Assembly: GCA_934183185.1 (NCBI GenBank)
Contig: CAKPSO010000003.1
Coordinates: forward strand, 3,215 to 67,214
Length of the DNA: 64,000 bases
Source: an uncultured Bacilli bacterium
Lineage (GTDB): Bacteria; Bacillota_I; Bacilli_A; RF39; UBA660
Direction of reading: 5' to 3'
Under the pieces are notes generated by a model. That model did no database searches, was not told the DNA's origin, and saw nothing but the letters and a program-made list of their open reading frames with translations. This document shows positions 20,712-29,238 of the stretch, one piece after another; positions within the stretch are counted from its first letter, which is position 1, and each line of letters starts with the position of its first letter. A program made the position numbers and the translations under genes.

Positions 20712-20841
20712 TAATTAATCACCCTTTAAATTTAAGATTACAAGCACTATCAATTGAAATATTATAGTGATTTGTAGGAGTTACTACAATTACTTATTGT
20801 TATTACTGTTGCATTTACTTTTACAATTCAATATTACTACA

Positions 20842-21162
20842 GATAACGGTACTGAATTTTTTAATTTTTTAAATATTATTAAAGATACAAAAACAAAAAT
20901 ATATTTTTGTCATCCCTATTGTTCTGGCAAAAAAGGTACCAATGAAAGGCACAATGGAATAATAAGATATTTTATTTCTAAAAGTTCTTTGATAGAAAAT
21001 TATTCATATAAAGATATAAACAAAATAGCTGAATGGATGAATAATTACCCAAGAAAAATATTAAATTATAAAACTCCCCTTGAAGCACTTCAAGAAGAGT
21101 TTAACAATAAATCAATTTTAAATAAAATTTATAAATTACAAGAAAAGATAAATTGTTTATAG
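20842..21162 (+). pseudogene. IS30-family transposase C-terminal (DDE) fragment
   Basis: DNGTEFFNF...FCHPYCSGKKGTNERHNGIIRYF...NNYPRKILNYKTPLEAL matches the IS30 DDE C-terminus. The N-terminal two-thirds is missing. Confidence 0.75.
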
Positions 21163-21179
21163 TTATTTATTCCAATTTC

Positions 21180-21299
21180 CTTTTGACCAGCAGAAATATT
21201 TTTATTAATTATAATCGTTTAACTGATTATCATTTTCAAAAAATGAAAATAATAATCATAAACTCCATTAAGGTAAAAAATATTTCTGCTGGTCAAAAG
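21180..21299. repeat. 22-bp perfect inverted repeats (CTTTTGACCAGCAGAAATATTT / AAATATTTCTGCTGGTCAAAAG) with nested palindrome, adjacent to IS30 fragment
   Basis: Seen directly at 21180-21201 and 21278-21299. The inner palindrome is TGATTATCATTTTC...GAAAATAATAATCA. Likely IS terminal-repeat remnants. Confidence 0.6.
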
Positions 21300-21374
21300 T
21301 TTACTCGGCATAAAGCACCATATAAGCATATATAGTTTCATTCATAAAAAGTTGCACTTGACTTTTTAATTAAT

Positions 21375-21446
21375 AATTATTTCGATTGATTTCTATATAT
21401 TAAAGTTCGAACAGATTCTCTAATGGTGCCAGCAAGGAGTAGGTTT
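21375..21446. repeat. direct repeat copy A: duplicate of tRNA-Leu 3' terminus (TGGTGCC) plus ~55 bp of its downstream flank
   Basis: ATTTCGATTGATTTCTATATATTAAAGTTCGAACAGATTCTCTAATGGTGCC is ~85% identical to 22815-22887. Confidence 0.7.
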
Positions 21447-21546
21447 AACAACTCCTAGGCAAAAAGATGATAGTAAGCAATAAACTTACTAACTAAACTA
21501 GTTATAATATAAAAGAAAAGAAATGGAAACCCATTTCAATTATTTA

Positions 21547-22089
21547 TTACATAAAATAAATATTTACTATTTCATTAAATCTATCTAATAATTTATTGTT
21601 TTCCACTCTTGCGTTAAATAATTTTTGCAATTCTAAATGAAACCATTTTAATTCTTCATAACTGTTGCATTCTGTAATAAGTGATTCTTTACCTAATTTT
21701 AAATACATATCATAGTCTGAAATTAAATTTTGCAACTTATCTGCAATTTCTACTATCAAAATATTATTACTAACATTTTTCAAACTTTCAATAAACTTTG
21801 TTTTTCTCTCTATATAATTAGAAATATTTTGATCTTCACTTAATTGCAAAACTCCATTTGCAATTTCTTGTCCATATCTATTTAGCAAATCATCATAATT
21901 ATATTCAGTATCTTCAATAATGTCATGTAAATAACCAATGTATACAGTTGTTTCGTCACAACCAACGTTTTTTAACATGTTTCCAACCATAATACTGTGA
22001 AATGATAAGTCTATATTTTCTTTTTTTCTTTTTAATCCATTAAACGCTTTAAAAACAAAATGTATTATATCTTCTTCTTTTGTATACAT
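21547..22089 (-). CDS. HD-domain protein, second RelA/SpoT-hydrolase-like (small alarmone hydrolase-like) paralog
   Basis: YIGYLHDIIEDTEY and downstream helical region typical of HD hydrolases. 180 aa. Confidence 0.65.
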   Translation of the reverse strand: MYTKEEDIIHFVFKAFNGLKRKKENIDLSFHSIMVGNMLKNVGCDETTVYIGYLHDIIEDTEYNYDDLLNRYGQEIANGVLQLSEDQNISNYIERKTKFIESLKNVSNNILIVEIADKLQNLISDYDMYLKLGKESLITECNSYEELKWFHLELQKLFNARVENNKLLDRFNEIVNIYFM

Positions 22090-22338
22090 TATACCACTCC
22101 TTATACCATTAATAATGGTTACTATGTTTTTATAAATCTATCAATTTTTTTAAACCACTTTTTACACTCTCTGATAATCCAAAATCATTACTGCCAATTT
22201 TTAAACAACATCTCATTTATCTATAATTATACACTAAAATCATATTATTTCATATAGTGACTTATCAAAATCATCATTTCTTTTTCTAGAGTTTCTTTCC
22301 ATTGCATTATCATCTTTATCTTTTATATCTTTAATTTT

Positions 22339-22821
22339 CTAATCATTTATAATTACATGAGTATATAAGTCAACTGAAAAGTCATAATACTTATCTTTTT
22401 CTTTTTTATTAAACATTCTATCTTTCAAAAATTTTATAAGTTTATCAAATAGTATTTGTAAATTTTCTAATGAAGTTTTTAACACATTATTTTCTTTTTT
22501 TAATTCATTTATTTTTTCATCTTTTTTCTTTACTTTAGTATCAAGTGTTTTTAATCTCAATTCTAAACTATTATTATTTTAAATTAGTATATTAATTTGT
22601 TTGCGATTATATTTAAGTTCTTCATCGATATTAGTTAATGTTATAGATAATTCTTGTATATTTTGATATTCATTATTTGTTTTATCAACTTTTTCAATAA
22701 AGTTAATTATTTTGTCTTTATCTCCTTGTTTTAAAGATTCTTCAATCTCTAATTCTTTTTTAATAGACTTAATCATAGATTCCACCTTTCTATGATTTTT
22801 TCTAAAACACGAAAAAATCAA
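22339..22821 (-). pseudogene. coiled-coil protein interrupted by a single in-frame TAA (two ORFs of 80 and 73 aa in the same frame)
   Basis: The 22579-22821 ORF ends ...KQINILI*. Exactly 18 nt later, in the same frame, the 22339-22560 ORF continues NNNSLELRLKTLDTKV. Confidence 0.5.
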
Positions 22822-22887
22822 TCATTTCTAATTGATTCTATATATCAAAGTTCGAATAGTTCGAACAGACTCTCTAGTGGTGCCCGA
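22815..22887. repeat. direct repeat copy B (downstream flank and 3' end of intact tRNA-Leu)
   Basis: Partner of 21375-21446. Confidence 0.7.
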
Positions 22888-22963
22888 AGTCGGACTTGAA
22901 CCGACACGGTATTGCTACCAGTGGATTTTGAGTCCACCGCGTCTACCATTCCACCATTCGGGC
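22878..22963 (-). tRNA. tRNA-Leu (anticodon CAA), type II with long variable arm
   Basis: Minus-strand sequence GCCCGAAUGGUGGAAUGGUAGACGCGGUGGACUCAAAAUCCACUGGUAGCAAUACCGUGUCGGUUCAAGUCCGACUUCGGGCACCA. Acceptor GCCCGAA/UUCGGGC, anticodon loop CUCAAAA, encoded CCA. Confidence 0.9.
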
Positions 22964-23020
22964 AAGTACAAGACAAATTATAACATACTTTATATAATTT
23001 GTCCTATAAATTTTAATTTT

Positions 23021-23335
23021 TTATTTAAGTAATAGCCTATGCTTTTTTATCCACAATTCACTAAAACTATAATCAATTATAAATATAATAATTGTAAATA
23101 AGATAAAAGTAAAAATCAAAACTAAAAACATAGCTAAAAGTGCGTTGGTAGGAATAATAGTATAAAAGTTAATAAACACAATGTCTAAAGAAATAAGTGA
23201 AAATAAAAATGTAGTTACGCAAAGAGAAATAAAAATAGACTCATAAATATATCTTATTATCCTCTTTTTTCTTATATCTTTAGCTATTTTAGATCTAAAA
23301 GATTTTTTGCTTTTACTACTTTTCTTATTAGTCAT
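23021..23335 (-). CDS. small membrane protein with basic N-terminus
   Basis: KKSSKSKKSFRSK... followed by two TM helices. 104 aa. Confidence 0.45.
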   Translation of the reverse strand: MTNKKSSKSKKSFRSKIAKDIRKKRIIRYIYESIFISLCVTTFLFSLISLDIVFINFYTIIPTNALLAMFLVLIFTFILFTIIIFIIDYSFSELWIKKHRLLLK

Positions 23336-23515
23336 AGCAACACCTCAATCCCAAAATAAATATATCATGTGTAATGCTATATGTAAACATATTTTATTAA
23401 AACATTATTATTGATATTACATAACACATATTACTTAAAATAATTTAAAAAAAAGATAAAAAAAATGTCCAATTATAAAATAATTGCATATGATGATAAC
23501 AAAGGAGTTTTTGCT

Positions 23516-24082
23516 ATGAATAAAAATAATAATCCTAACTGCTATCCATATTTTCCTGGACCTACTGGGCCAACCGGACCTACAGGATTGCAGGGACCAG
23601 CTGGTATTCAAGGGCCACAAGGTGAACAAGGGCCAACTGGTCCAACAGGTCCTGCAGCAACAAATCCGGCCACATTTGCCTATAAATATAACGACGAGGG
23701 TACAGAATTAAACCTAACAGCCAATAAAACAGATAAAATTGCCTTAAGTATTGCTGGAGAAGCTTCTGGAATATCAGTAACACTAGAAAATAGTATGGTA
23801 ATAAATAGTTATGGAACTTATAAAATAGAATACTTTTTTTCTGGATCAGCTGATAAAAACGTTGGTATAGTAACAGAAGTAGAAGTCAATGACATATCAG
23901 TAAATGGATCAGAAATAAGTAAAGATGTAACTGCTAATAATGAAGCAGATTTTCACGGAATCACAGTAGCAGTTCTTAACCCTTTAGATACAATCTATTT
24001 AGGTATAAGAGCTAATCAAGATACAGTAGTAACACCAGCACCAGATGTAAACGCTTACTTAATTCTAACTAAACTATCTTAA
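23516..24082 (+). CDS. BclA-like collagen-triplet exosporium protein (third paralog)
   Basis: [30 protein letters not shown]... then a C-terminal domain with [10 protein letters not shown]...AYLILTKLS paralogous to 15266-16012. AAAGGAG RBS 8 nt before the ATG at 23516. Confidence 0.8.
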   Translation: MNKNNNPNCYPYFPGPTGPTGPTGLQGPAGIQGPQGEQGPTGPTGPAATNPATFAYKYNDEGTELNLTANKTDKIALSIAGEASGISVTLENSMVINSYGTYKIEYFFSGSADKNVGIVTEVEVNDISVNGSEISKDVTANNEADFHGITVAVLNPLDTIYLGIRANQDTVVTPAPDVNAYLILTKLS

Positions 24083-24657
24083 TTATCCTCAGATACTTCT
24101 TGGTACTTAGAATGATATAAATCAGTATCAGTAGTATCTTTATTTTCTTCCACAAAATTTTTAATATCAGGTAAATCATCAATAGTAGCTAACCCAAAAT
24201 AGTCTAAAAACTCACTAGTAGTCTTATAAAGAATGGGTCTTCCGATACCCTCACTTCTACCCACTTCCTTTAATAATCCTTTAGCTACTAGTTTTCTAAT
24301 CATCTGGCTACTACTTACTCCTCTAATTTCATCAACCTGTAATCTAGTAATAGGTTGATTATAAGCAACAATAGCTAATGTTTCTAAAGCAGCTTGAGTT
24401 AAAATATTACTCTCAGGATTTTCTATTAATTTCTGAAAATATTGTTTATGTTCTTTTTTACTAGTAAGTTTAAAAGTATTACCTAAAAAATTAATTCTTA
24501 TTCCACTATCATCTGACTCATATTTATCTTTCAAATTACCAAGTACTTGTTTAACTGTATCCATATCAACTCCCAAAATATCCATAAGTTGATTTAAAGT
24601 TAAACCATCTTCTCCTACCACAAATAATAATCCTTCTGTTATTGCTTCTAACTTCAT
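24079..24657 (-). CDS. scpB: segregation and condensation protein B
   Basis: [24 protein letters not shown]... winged-helix ScpB family. Overlaps scpA by 4 nt. Confidence 0.9.
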   Translation of the reverse strand: MKLEAITEGLLFVVGEDGLTLNQLMDILGVDMDTVKQVLGNLKDKYESDDSGIRINFLGNTFKLTSKKEHKQYFQKLIENPESNILTQAALETLAIVAYNQPITRLQVDEIRGVSSSQMIRKLVAKGLLKEVGRSEGIGRPILYKTTSEFLDYFGLATIDDLPDIKNFVEENKDTTDTDLYHSKYQEVSEDN

Positions 24658-25391
24658 GCTACCACCTCGACTATAATATTATCAAAATCATTTTCTTGAT
24701 AAATAACCAATTCTTTTTTCTTAGCCATCTCCAAAATAGCTAAAAAAGTTACTACTACATATGGTTTATTAATTACTTCAAATAATTCAAAAAAATTAGC
24801 TTTCTTCTTTTCTTTTAATATGTTATGAATAGACTTTCTCCTTTCTTCTACTGTAATTTCTTTCTTAGTTACTGTAGTGGAAAGGGGTTTTTCAGCTTGT
24901 TTACGCTCTAAAAACTTTTCAAATGCTAACATCAAATCATCCAATGTGACATCATTAGAAATCACAGTATTTTCTTCAACATATTCCTTTAAACTTTCAG
25001 GAGCCTTAGTATAAAATTCATGGCGAAGAGATTCCATTTCCTTAAAGTTTTTAGTCATATCTTTATATTTCTGATATTCAACAAGTCTCTGAATCAATAC
25101 TTCTCTAGGATCCTCTTCCTCAATTTCTTCATCATTTTGTTCACGAGGAAGTAACATTTTAGACTTCATTTCTATTAATTCACTAGCCATAACTAAATAT
25201 TCACTAGCTACATCCAAATTTAAATCTTGCATACTTTTAATATAATCTAAATATTGATCAGTTATATCAACTATTTTAATGTCCCATATATCTACTTTAG
25301 ACTCTTTAACTAAGTGTAAAAGTAAATCTAATGGCCCCTCAAAAGCATCTATTTTGACTTTGTAATTCATATTATCATCCACTTTACTCAA
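24654..25391 (-). CDS. scpA: segregation and condensation protein A
   Basis: KIDAFEGPLDLLLHLVKESKVDIWDIKIVDITDQYLDYI ScpA signature. Confidence 0.9.
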   Translation of the reverse strand: MSKVDDNMNYKVKIDAFEGPLDLLLHLVKESKVDIWDIKIVDITDQYLDYIKSMQDLNLDVASEYLVMASELIEMKSKMLLPREQNDEEIEEEDPREVLIQRLVEYQKYKDMTKNFKEMESLRHEFYTKAPESLKEYVEENTVISNDVTLDDLMLAFEKFLERKQAEKPLSTTVTKKEITVEERRKSIHNILKEKKKANFFELFEVINKPYVVVTFLAILEMAKKKELVIYQENDFDNIIVEVVA

Positions 25392-25464
25392 AATATACTA
25401 CCATTATAACATAAACAGGCAAATCTATGATATAATTTTATCAAATCAAAGGAGAATAACTAAT

Positions 25465-25770
25465 ATGAAAAAGTTTATAATGCGTGATGAAGAATTCATA
25501 TGCGAAAATTGTCATAAAAATGTCAATAGACTAAATTATACAGCTAGGGATCATTGCCCTTATTGTTTATACTCTAAACATGTAGATATCACACCTGGTG
25601 ACAGATTAAATGAATGTAAAGGATTACTAGAACCAGTGTCAATAGAAAAGTTTAAAGATACCTATAAAATTGTATATAAATGTAAAAAATGTAAGCAAAT
25701 TCATAAAAATATCATGGCTAGAGATGATGACTATAATAAAATTATAGAATTATCTAAGGCTGAACTATAA
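25465..25770 (+). CDS. RNHCP-domain zinc-ribbon protein
   Basis: CENCHKNV...ARDHCPYCLYSKH...CKKCKQIH: RNHCP motif and paired CxxC. Confidence 0.6.
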   Translation: MKKFIMRDEEFICENCHKNVNRLNYTARDHCPYCLYSKHVDITPGDRLNECKGLLEPVSIEKFKDTYKIVYKCKKCKQIHKNIMARDDDYNKIIELSKAEL

Positions 25771-26394
25771 ATCAGCTACTGTTTTAGCCTGTAGCAATTT
25801 TTCTAAAGTTGTATACTTTGGTGCTCTCAAAGAAGCAGCAGACAAATCTCCTAACTCAATTTTTTTAGGAAGTAATATTGGTTCACCATCAAGTTCAATC
25901 AAATATTTATTAGGATATCTCCTAGAAGGGATATACTTTTTTACTTTAGCATAATATGTAATTCCTGAAACAGGTCTACCTACATAAATAGCCACATACT
26001 TAATTTTATCGATATTTTCCTTACGAATTCTAACGTAATACCAACGATGTTCTCCTAAAAAAGCTTCATTAAAACCATCTTTGTAACCTGGATAAACAAC
26101 TGTATCAAAGTTATCAACTACACCTGATTTATATTTATCAGGTTCATAATCTCCCTTATAACCATCAATAGTTATTCCATAATTTTCTTTCAAAAAAGAA
26201 TCAATCTCTGTAAGATAAGCATCAATTGCGTCTTCAAGTAAGGCATTTCTAGGATAATTCCTCTTATTAATATCATTAAAAATTTCTGAAACTTTATCCA
26301 TTTTATCAATAAGCCCCGAATCAATATTAAACGTTAATTGTTTTCTTTCTCTTGTATTTAATCTTTCTTCAATAATATCTCTTGCGTAATTCAT
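25765..26394 (-). CDS. ribbon-helix-helix (CopG/Arc-like) N-terminal domain fused to ~130 aa Tyr/Lys-rich C-terminal domain of unknown function
   Basis: KQLTFNIDSGLIDKMDKVSEIF...NALLEDAIDAYL gives the RHH beta-alpha-alpha pattern. The C-terminal RWYYVRIRKENIDKIKYVAIYVGRPVSGITYYAKVKKY has no family I can name. Confidence 0.45.
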   Translation of the reverse strand: MNYARDIIEERLNTRERKQLTFNIDSGLIDKMDKVSEIFNDINKRNYPRNALLEDAIDAYLTEIDSFLKENYGITIDGYKGDYEPDKYKSGVVDNFDTVVYPGYKDGFNEAFLGEHRWYYVRIRKENIDKIKYVAIYVGRPVSGITYYAKVKKYIPSRRYPNKYLIELDGEPILLPKKIELGDLSAASLRAPKYTTLEKLLQAKTVADL

Positions 26395-26573
26395 AAATTA
26401 ACCGCCTCCGTTACCTCTTTAACCTTTTTATCCTTAGTTTTGGCTTTAAATACTTTTCTAAAAAATTGCCCCTTTATTTTAGCAGGAAAATTAATAGTAA
26501 TAGGATTAGTTGAACTCTTACCACCAATAATAGTAGTCGTTTTATGGTACTCTTCATGCTCGATTTTGATCAT
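26391..26573 (-). CDS. small basic protein, translationally coupled (ATGA overlap) to the RHH-fusion gene
   Basis: 60 aa, GGAGGG RBS, C-terminal KAKTKDKKVKE. Its stop overlaps the downstream start. Confidence 0.4.
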   Translation of the reverse strand: MIKIEHEEYHKTTTIIGGKSSTNPITINFPAKIKGQFFRKVFKAKTKDKKVKEVTEAVNL

Positions 26574-26696
26574 ATTATCCCTCCTTCATGACTTAAGGAT
26601 AACACACTCTGAAATAAAAATCAACTATAAATTTTTATAGCAGATTTATTTAACTAAGAAAAAGCCCTATTCCCCATTACGAGAAATAAGACTTAT

Positions 26697-27047
26697 CTAA
26701 TTTTTTGGTTTAAAAAATAATGTAAAAATAAAAGTAAATACTATAGCTGCCGTAATACCAGAAGCAGTTAAATCAAACATTCCCATCAAAAGTCCCATAA
26801 TTCCCATATCACTTGCTTTAGCCAAAGCCCCATGGATTAATGAATGACCAAAACTAGTAATTGGTACCAACGCTCCTGCTCCTACGTAATTAATAATTTG
26901 ATCATATATACTAAAAGTATCCAAGAAAGATCCTACTACAACAAATATACTAGTAATATGACCCGCAGATAATTTAGTATTATCTAAAATAATTTGGCCT
27001 ATTAAACAAATAAGTCCACAAAACAAGAATGAATTTATATATATCAT
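26697..27047 (-). CDS. spoVAE: stage V sporulation protein AE (SpoVAEB-type)
   Basis: 116 aa membrane protein, paralogous to the SpoVAC fold, third gene of the spoVA operon. Confidence 0.85.
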   Translation of the reverse strand: MIYINSFLFCGLICLIGQIILDNTKLSAGHITSIFVVVGSFLDTFSIYDQIINYVGAGALVPITSFGHSLIHGALAKASDMGIMGLLMGMFDLTASGITAAIVFTFIFTLFFKPKN

Positions 27048-28042
27048 TATTTAATAACCTCCAAACTAACAGCATGAGCAATACTCAAAATATTTTCATG
27101 TTGAAATACCATTGTAGGAGAAAATAAAGCACCTGTTGCTACTAATAATACTTTTTTAATTTTCTTTTTTCTAAGCATTTCCATTATTAAACTATAATTA
27201 ACTAAAGCACTACATACTGGTCCAGAGCCACCCGCTAATACTTCTTTTTGGGTTTCTAAATCATAAAGCATAACGCCACAATCATTATAATTACTACTAA
27301 TATCTATTCCATATTCAGTCTTCATAAAATCTATTAGGATTTCTTTTCCATATAATCCTAAGTCCCCTGTTAATATAAGATCATAGTAACTAGGTTCTCT
27401 ATTCATATCCTTCAAATGTCTATAAATAGTATCAGCTGCAGCTGGTGCCATAACACTACCCATATTAAGAGGATCAGTTTGATTATAATCAAGTATTCTT
27501 CCAATAGTTGAACTTTCTACTTTAATTCCCGTGTTTTCTAAAGTAAGTAACATACTAGCTCCACCAGTAGCTGTAAATGTAGCTGTTTTAGGTTTAGGAG
27601 CTCCATACTCTGTTGGATTACGAAATTGCTTTTCACTAGACATATTATGGGAAGAAGTTGAAGTAATAACATTTTTAACTTTACCACTATCAATCAAACT
27701 ACTTCCTAAAATAATTCCCTCAATACTAGTAGCACAGGCACTATAAATACCCAAAAAAGGAAAATTAAATTTTTCAGATGAATAACATGAAGAAGTAATT
27801 TGATTCATTAAATCACCCGATATAATAACATCTATATCTTCTTTATTTTTTTTAGCTTTCTTTAAAACTAAACTAATACTTTCTTCTAATACTTTAGCTT
27901 CTGCCGTCTCCCATGATTTTTCACCATTATATAAATTATCAAATGTCTTATCAAAATACTTTTTCAAAGGTCCCTTTGCCTCATATGGTCCAGCTACAGT
28001 ACTAGTTTCATCCACAAATACATTTTTATATTCAAAAGTCAT
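27047..28042 (-). CDS. spoVAD: stage V sporulation protein AD
   Basis: 331 aa thiolase/KAS-like fold (GIYSACATSIEGII, GGSGPVCSA) typical of SpoVAD. Confidence 0.9.
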   Translation of the reverse strand: MTFEYKNVFVDETSTVAGPYEAKGPLKKYFDKTFDNLYNGEKSWETAEAKVLEESISLVLKKAKKNKEDIDVIISGDLMNQITSSCYSSEKFNFPFLGIYSACATSIEGIILGSSLIDSGKVKNVITSTSSHNMSSEKQFRNPTEYGAPKPKTATFTATGGASMLLTLENTGIKVESSTIGRILDYNQTDPLNMGSVMAPAAADTIYRHLKDMNREPSYYDLILTGDLGLYGKEILIDFMKTEYGIDISSNYNDCGVMLYDLETQKEVLAGGSGPVCSALVNYSLIMEMLRKKKIKKVLLVATGALFSPTMVFQHENILSIAHAVSLEVIK

Positions 28043-28044
28043 AA

Positions 28045-28494
28045 TTACCCTCCCATAATAATTAATCTAAGAAGTCCAAAAAACCAAGCTGATACTACTC
28101 CATATAAAATAACACTACCTGCAAGTTTAAATATATTGCTACCAAGTCCAAATATAGGTCCCTCTTTTCTATATTCAATTCCTGCACTAGTCATTGAATG
28201 AGCAAATCCTGTAATAGGAATAATTAATCCACACTTACAGAATGTTACCCATTTATCAAAAAAGCCTAATGCTGTAAATAAACTAGCTAAAAATATTAAA
28301 GTAACTAGCATAAATGTAGATGCATCTTTTGTAGATATATCAAACCATCCTACATAACATTCAGTCAATACTTGTCCTATAACCCCTACTAATCCACCTG
28401 TTACAAATGCTATAAAAGCATTTTGAACCCTTGTTTCAGTAGGTTTATGTTTATTAACTATTTCTTCATACTTCTTTTTTTCCATTTTCATCAC
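28045..28494 (-). CDS. spoVAC: stage V sporulation protein AC
   Basis: 149 aa, 4 TM. AFIAFVTGGLVGVIGQVL and ITGFAHSMTSAGIEY match SpoVAC. Confidence 0.9.
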   Translation of the reverse strand: MMKMEKKKYEEIVNKHKPTETRVQNAFIAFVTGGLVGVIGQVLTECYVGWFDISTKDASTFMLVTLIFLASLFTALGFFDKWVTFCKCGLIIPITGFAHSMTSAGIEYRKEGPIFGLGSNIFKLAGSVILYGVVSAWFFGLLRLIIMGG

Positions 28495-28501
28495 CTACTA
28501 C

Positions 28502-28531
28502 TATTATGTAAATATTTAAATATTTTTATAC
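28502..28531 (-). promoter_or_regulatory. forespore sigma (SigG/SigF)-type promoter for spoVAC-AD-AE
   Basis: Minus strand reads GTATA-N18-CATAATA, ~8 nt upstream of the spoVAC RBS (consensus GnATA-N18-CATnnTA). Confidence 0.5.
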
Positions 28532-28539
28532 AAAAATAA

Positions 28540-28558
28540 AAGAGATATTCAATCTCTT
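28540..28558 (-). terminator. hairpin terminator after sigF
   Basis: AAGAGAT-loop-ATCTCTT followed by a T-rich run on minus. Confidence 0.45.
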
Positions 28559-29225
28559 AAGCAACTTCTTTCCTTAACTTTTGGAGAATCTTACTTTCTT
28601 CTCTTGAAACTTTAACTTGAGAAAGTCCCATCATTTTACTAGTTTCACTCTGAGTCATATCCTCAAAATAACGATACTTAATAAGTCTTTGTTCTTCTTC
28701 TGATAATCTAGTTAAAGCTTCTTTTAAATCAAGTACATCTTCATTGAATCCTTTTTCTTGATATGGAATAGTATCATATAAGTTAACATCTTTATCACCA
28801 TCATCACTATTAACTATATAATCAAAACTAAGTACAAATTGTTTAGACATTAATGCTTCTTGTATTAGTGAAATATCTATTTCAGAAAACAAAGATATTT
28901 CTTCTAATGTAGGTTCTCTTAGTAATTTATGCCTCAATGTATTAGAAACATCTTCTACTATTTTAGCTATTTTAAGTAAATTACGATTTGTTTTAATATT
29001 TCTATCTTCTCTAATATATTTAAGTATTTCTCCTTTAATCCACAAATATGCATATGAAGAAAATTTGGTATTAGAGTTCTCTTTATAGTTATCATAAGCT
29101 TTTTTTAATCCAATCATACCTACTTGTTTTAAATCTTCTATATCGTAATAATAATGAAATTTATTAGCATAAGCTAAAATTAGGTTTTCATATTTAAGTA
29201 ATTCTTCTTCAAAAGTATTAGTCAT
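28557..29225 (-). CDS. sigF: sporulation sigma factor SigF (SigF/SigG family)
   Basis: Sigma-70 regions 2-4 (YAYLWIKGEILKYIR; C-terminal SQVKVSREESKILQKLRK). Lies between spoIIAA and spoVA as in Clostridium. Confidence 0.8.
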   Translation of the reverse strand: MTNTFEEELLKYENLILAYANKFHYYYDIEDLKQVGMIGLKKAYDNYKENSNTKFSSYAYLWIKGEILKYIREDRNIKTNRNLLKIAKIVEDVSNTLRHKLLREPTLEEISLFSEIDISLIQEALMSKQFVLSFDYIVNSDDGDKDVNLYDTIPYQEKGFNEDVLDLKEALTRLSEEEQRLIKYRYFEDMTQSETSKMMGLSQVKVSREESKILQKLRKEVA

Positions 29226-29238
29226 ATTATCATCCTTT

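Noticed and set aside
22832-23032. 66 aa plus-strand ORF
   Set aside because: Overlaps tRNA-Leu on the opposite strand. Its translation contains tRNA-derived sequence (VPEVGLEPTRYCYQWILSPPRLPFHHSGK).
23021-23335. Possible holin or toxin role for the small two-TM protein beside tRNA-Leu
   Set aside because: No sequence support beyond size and topology. Left as a hypothetical membrane protein.
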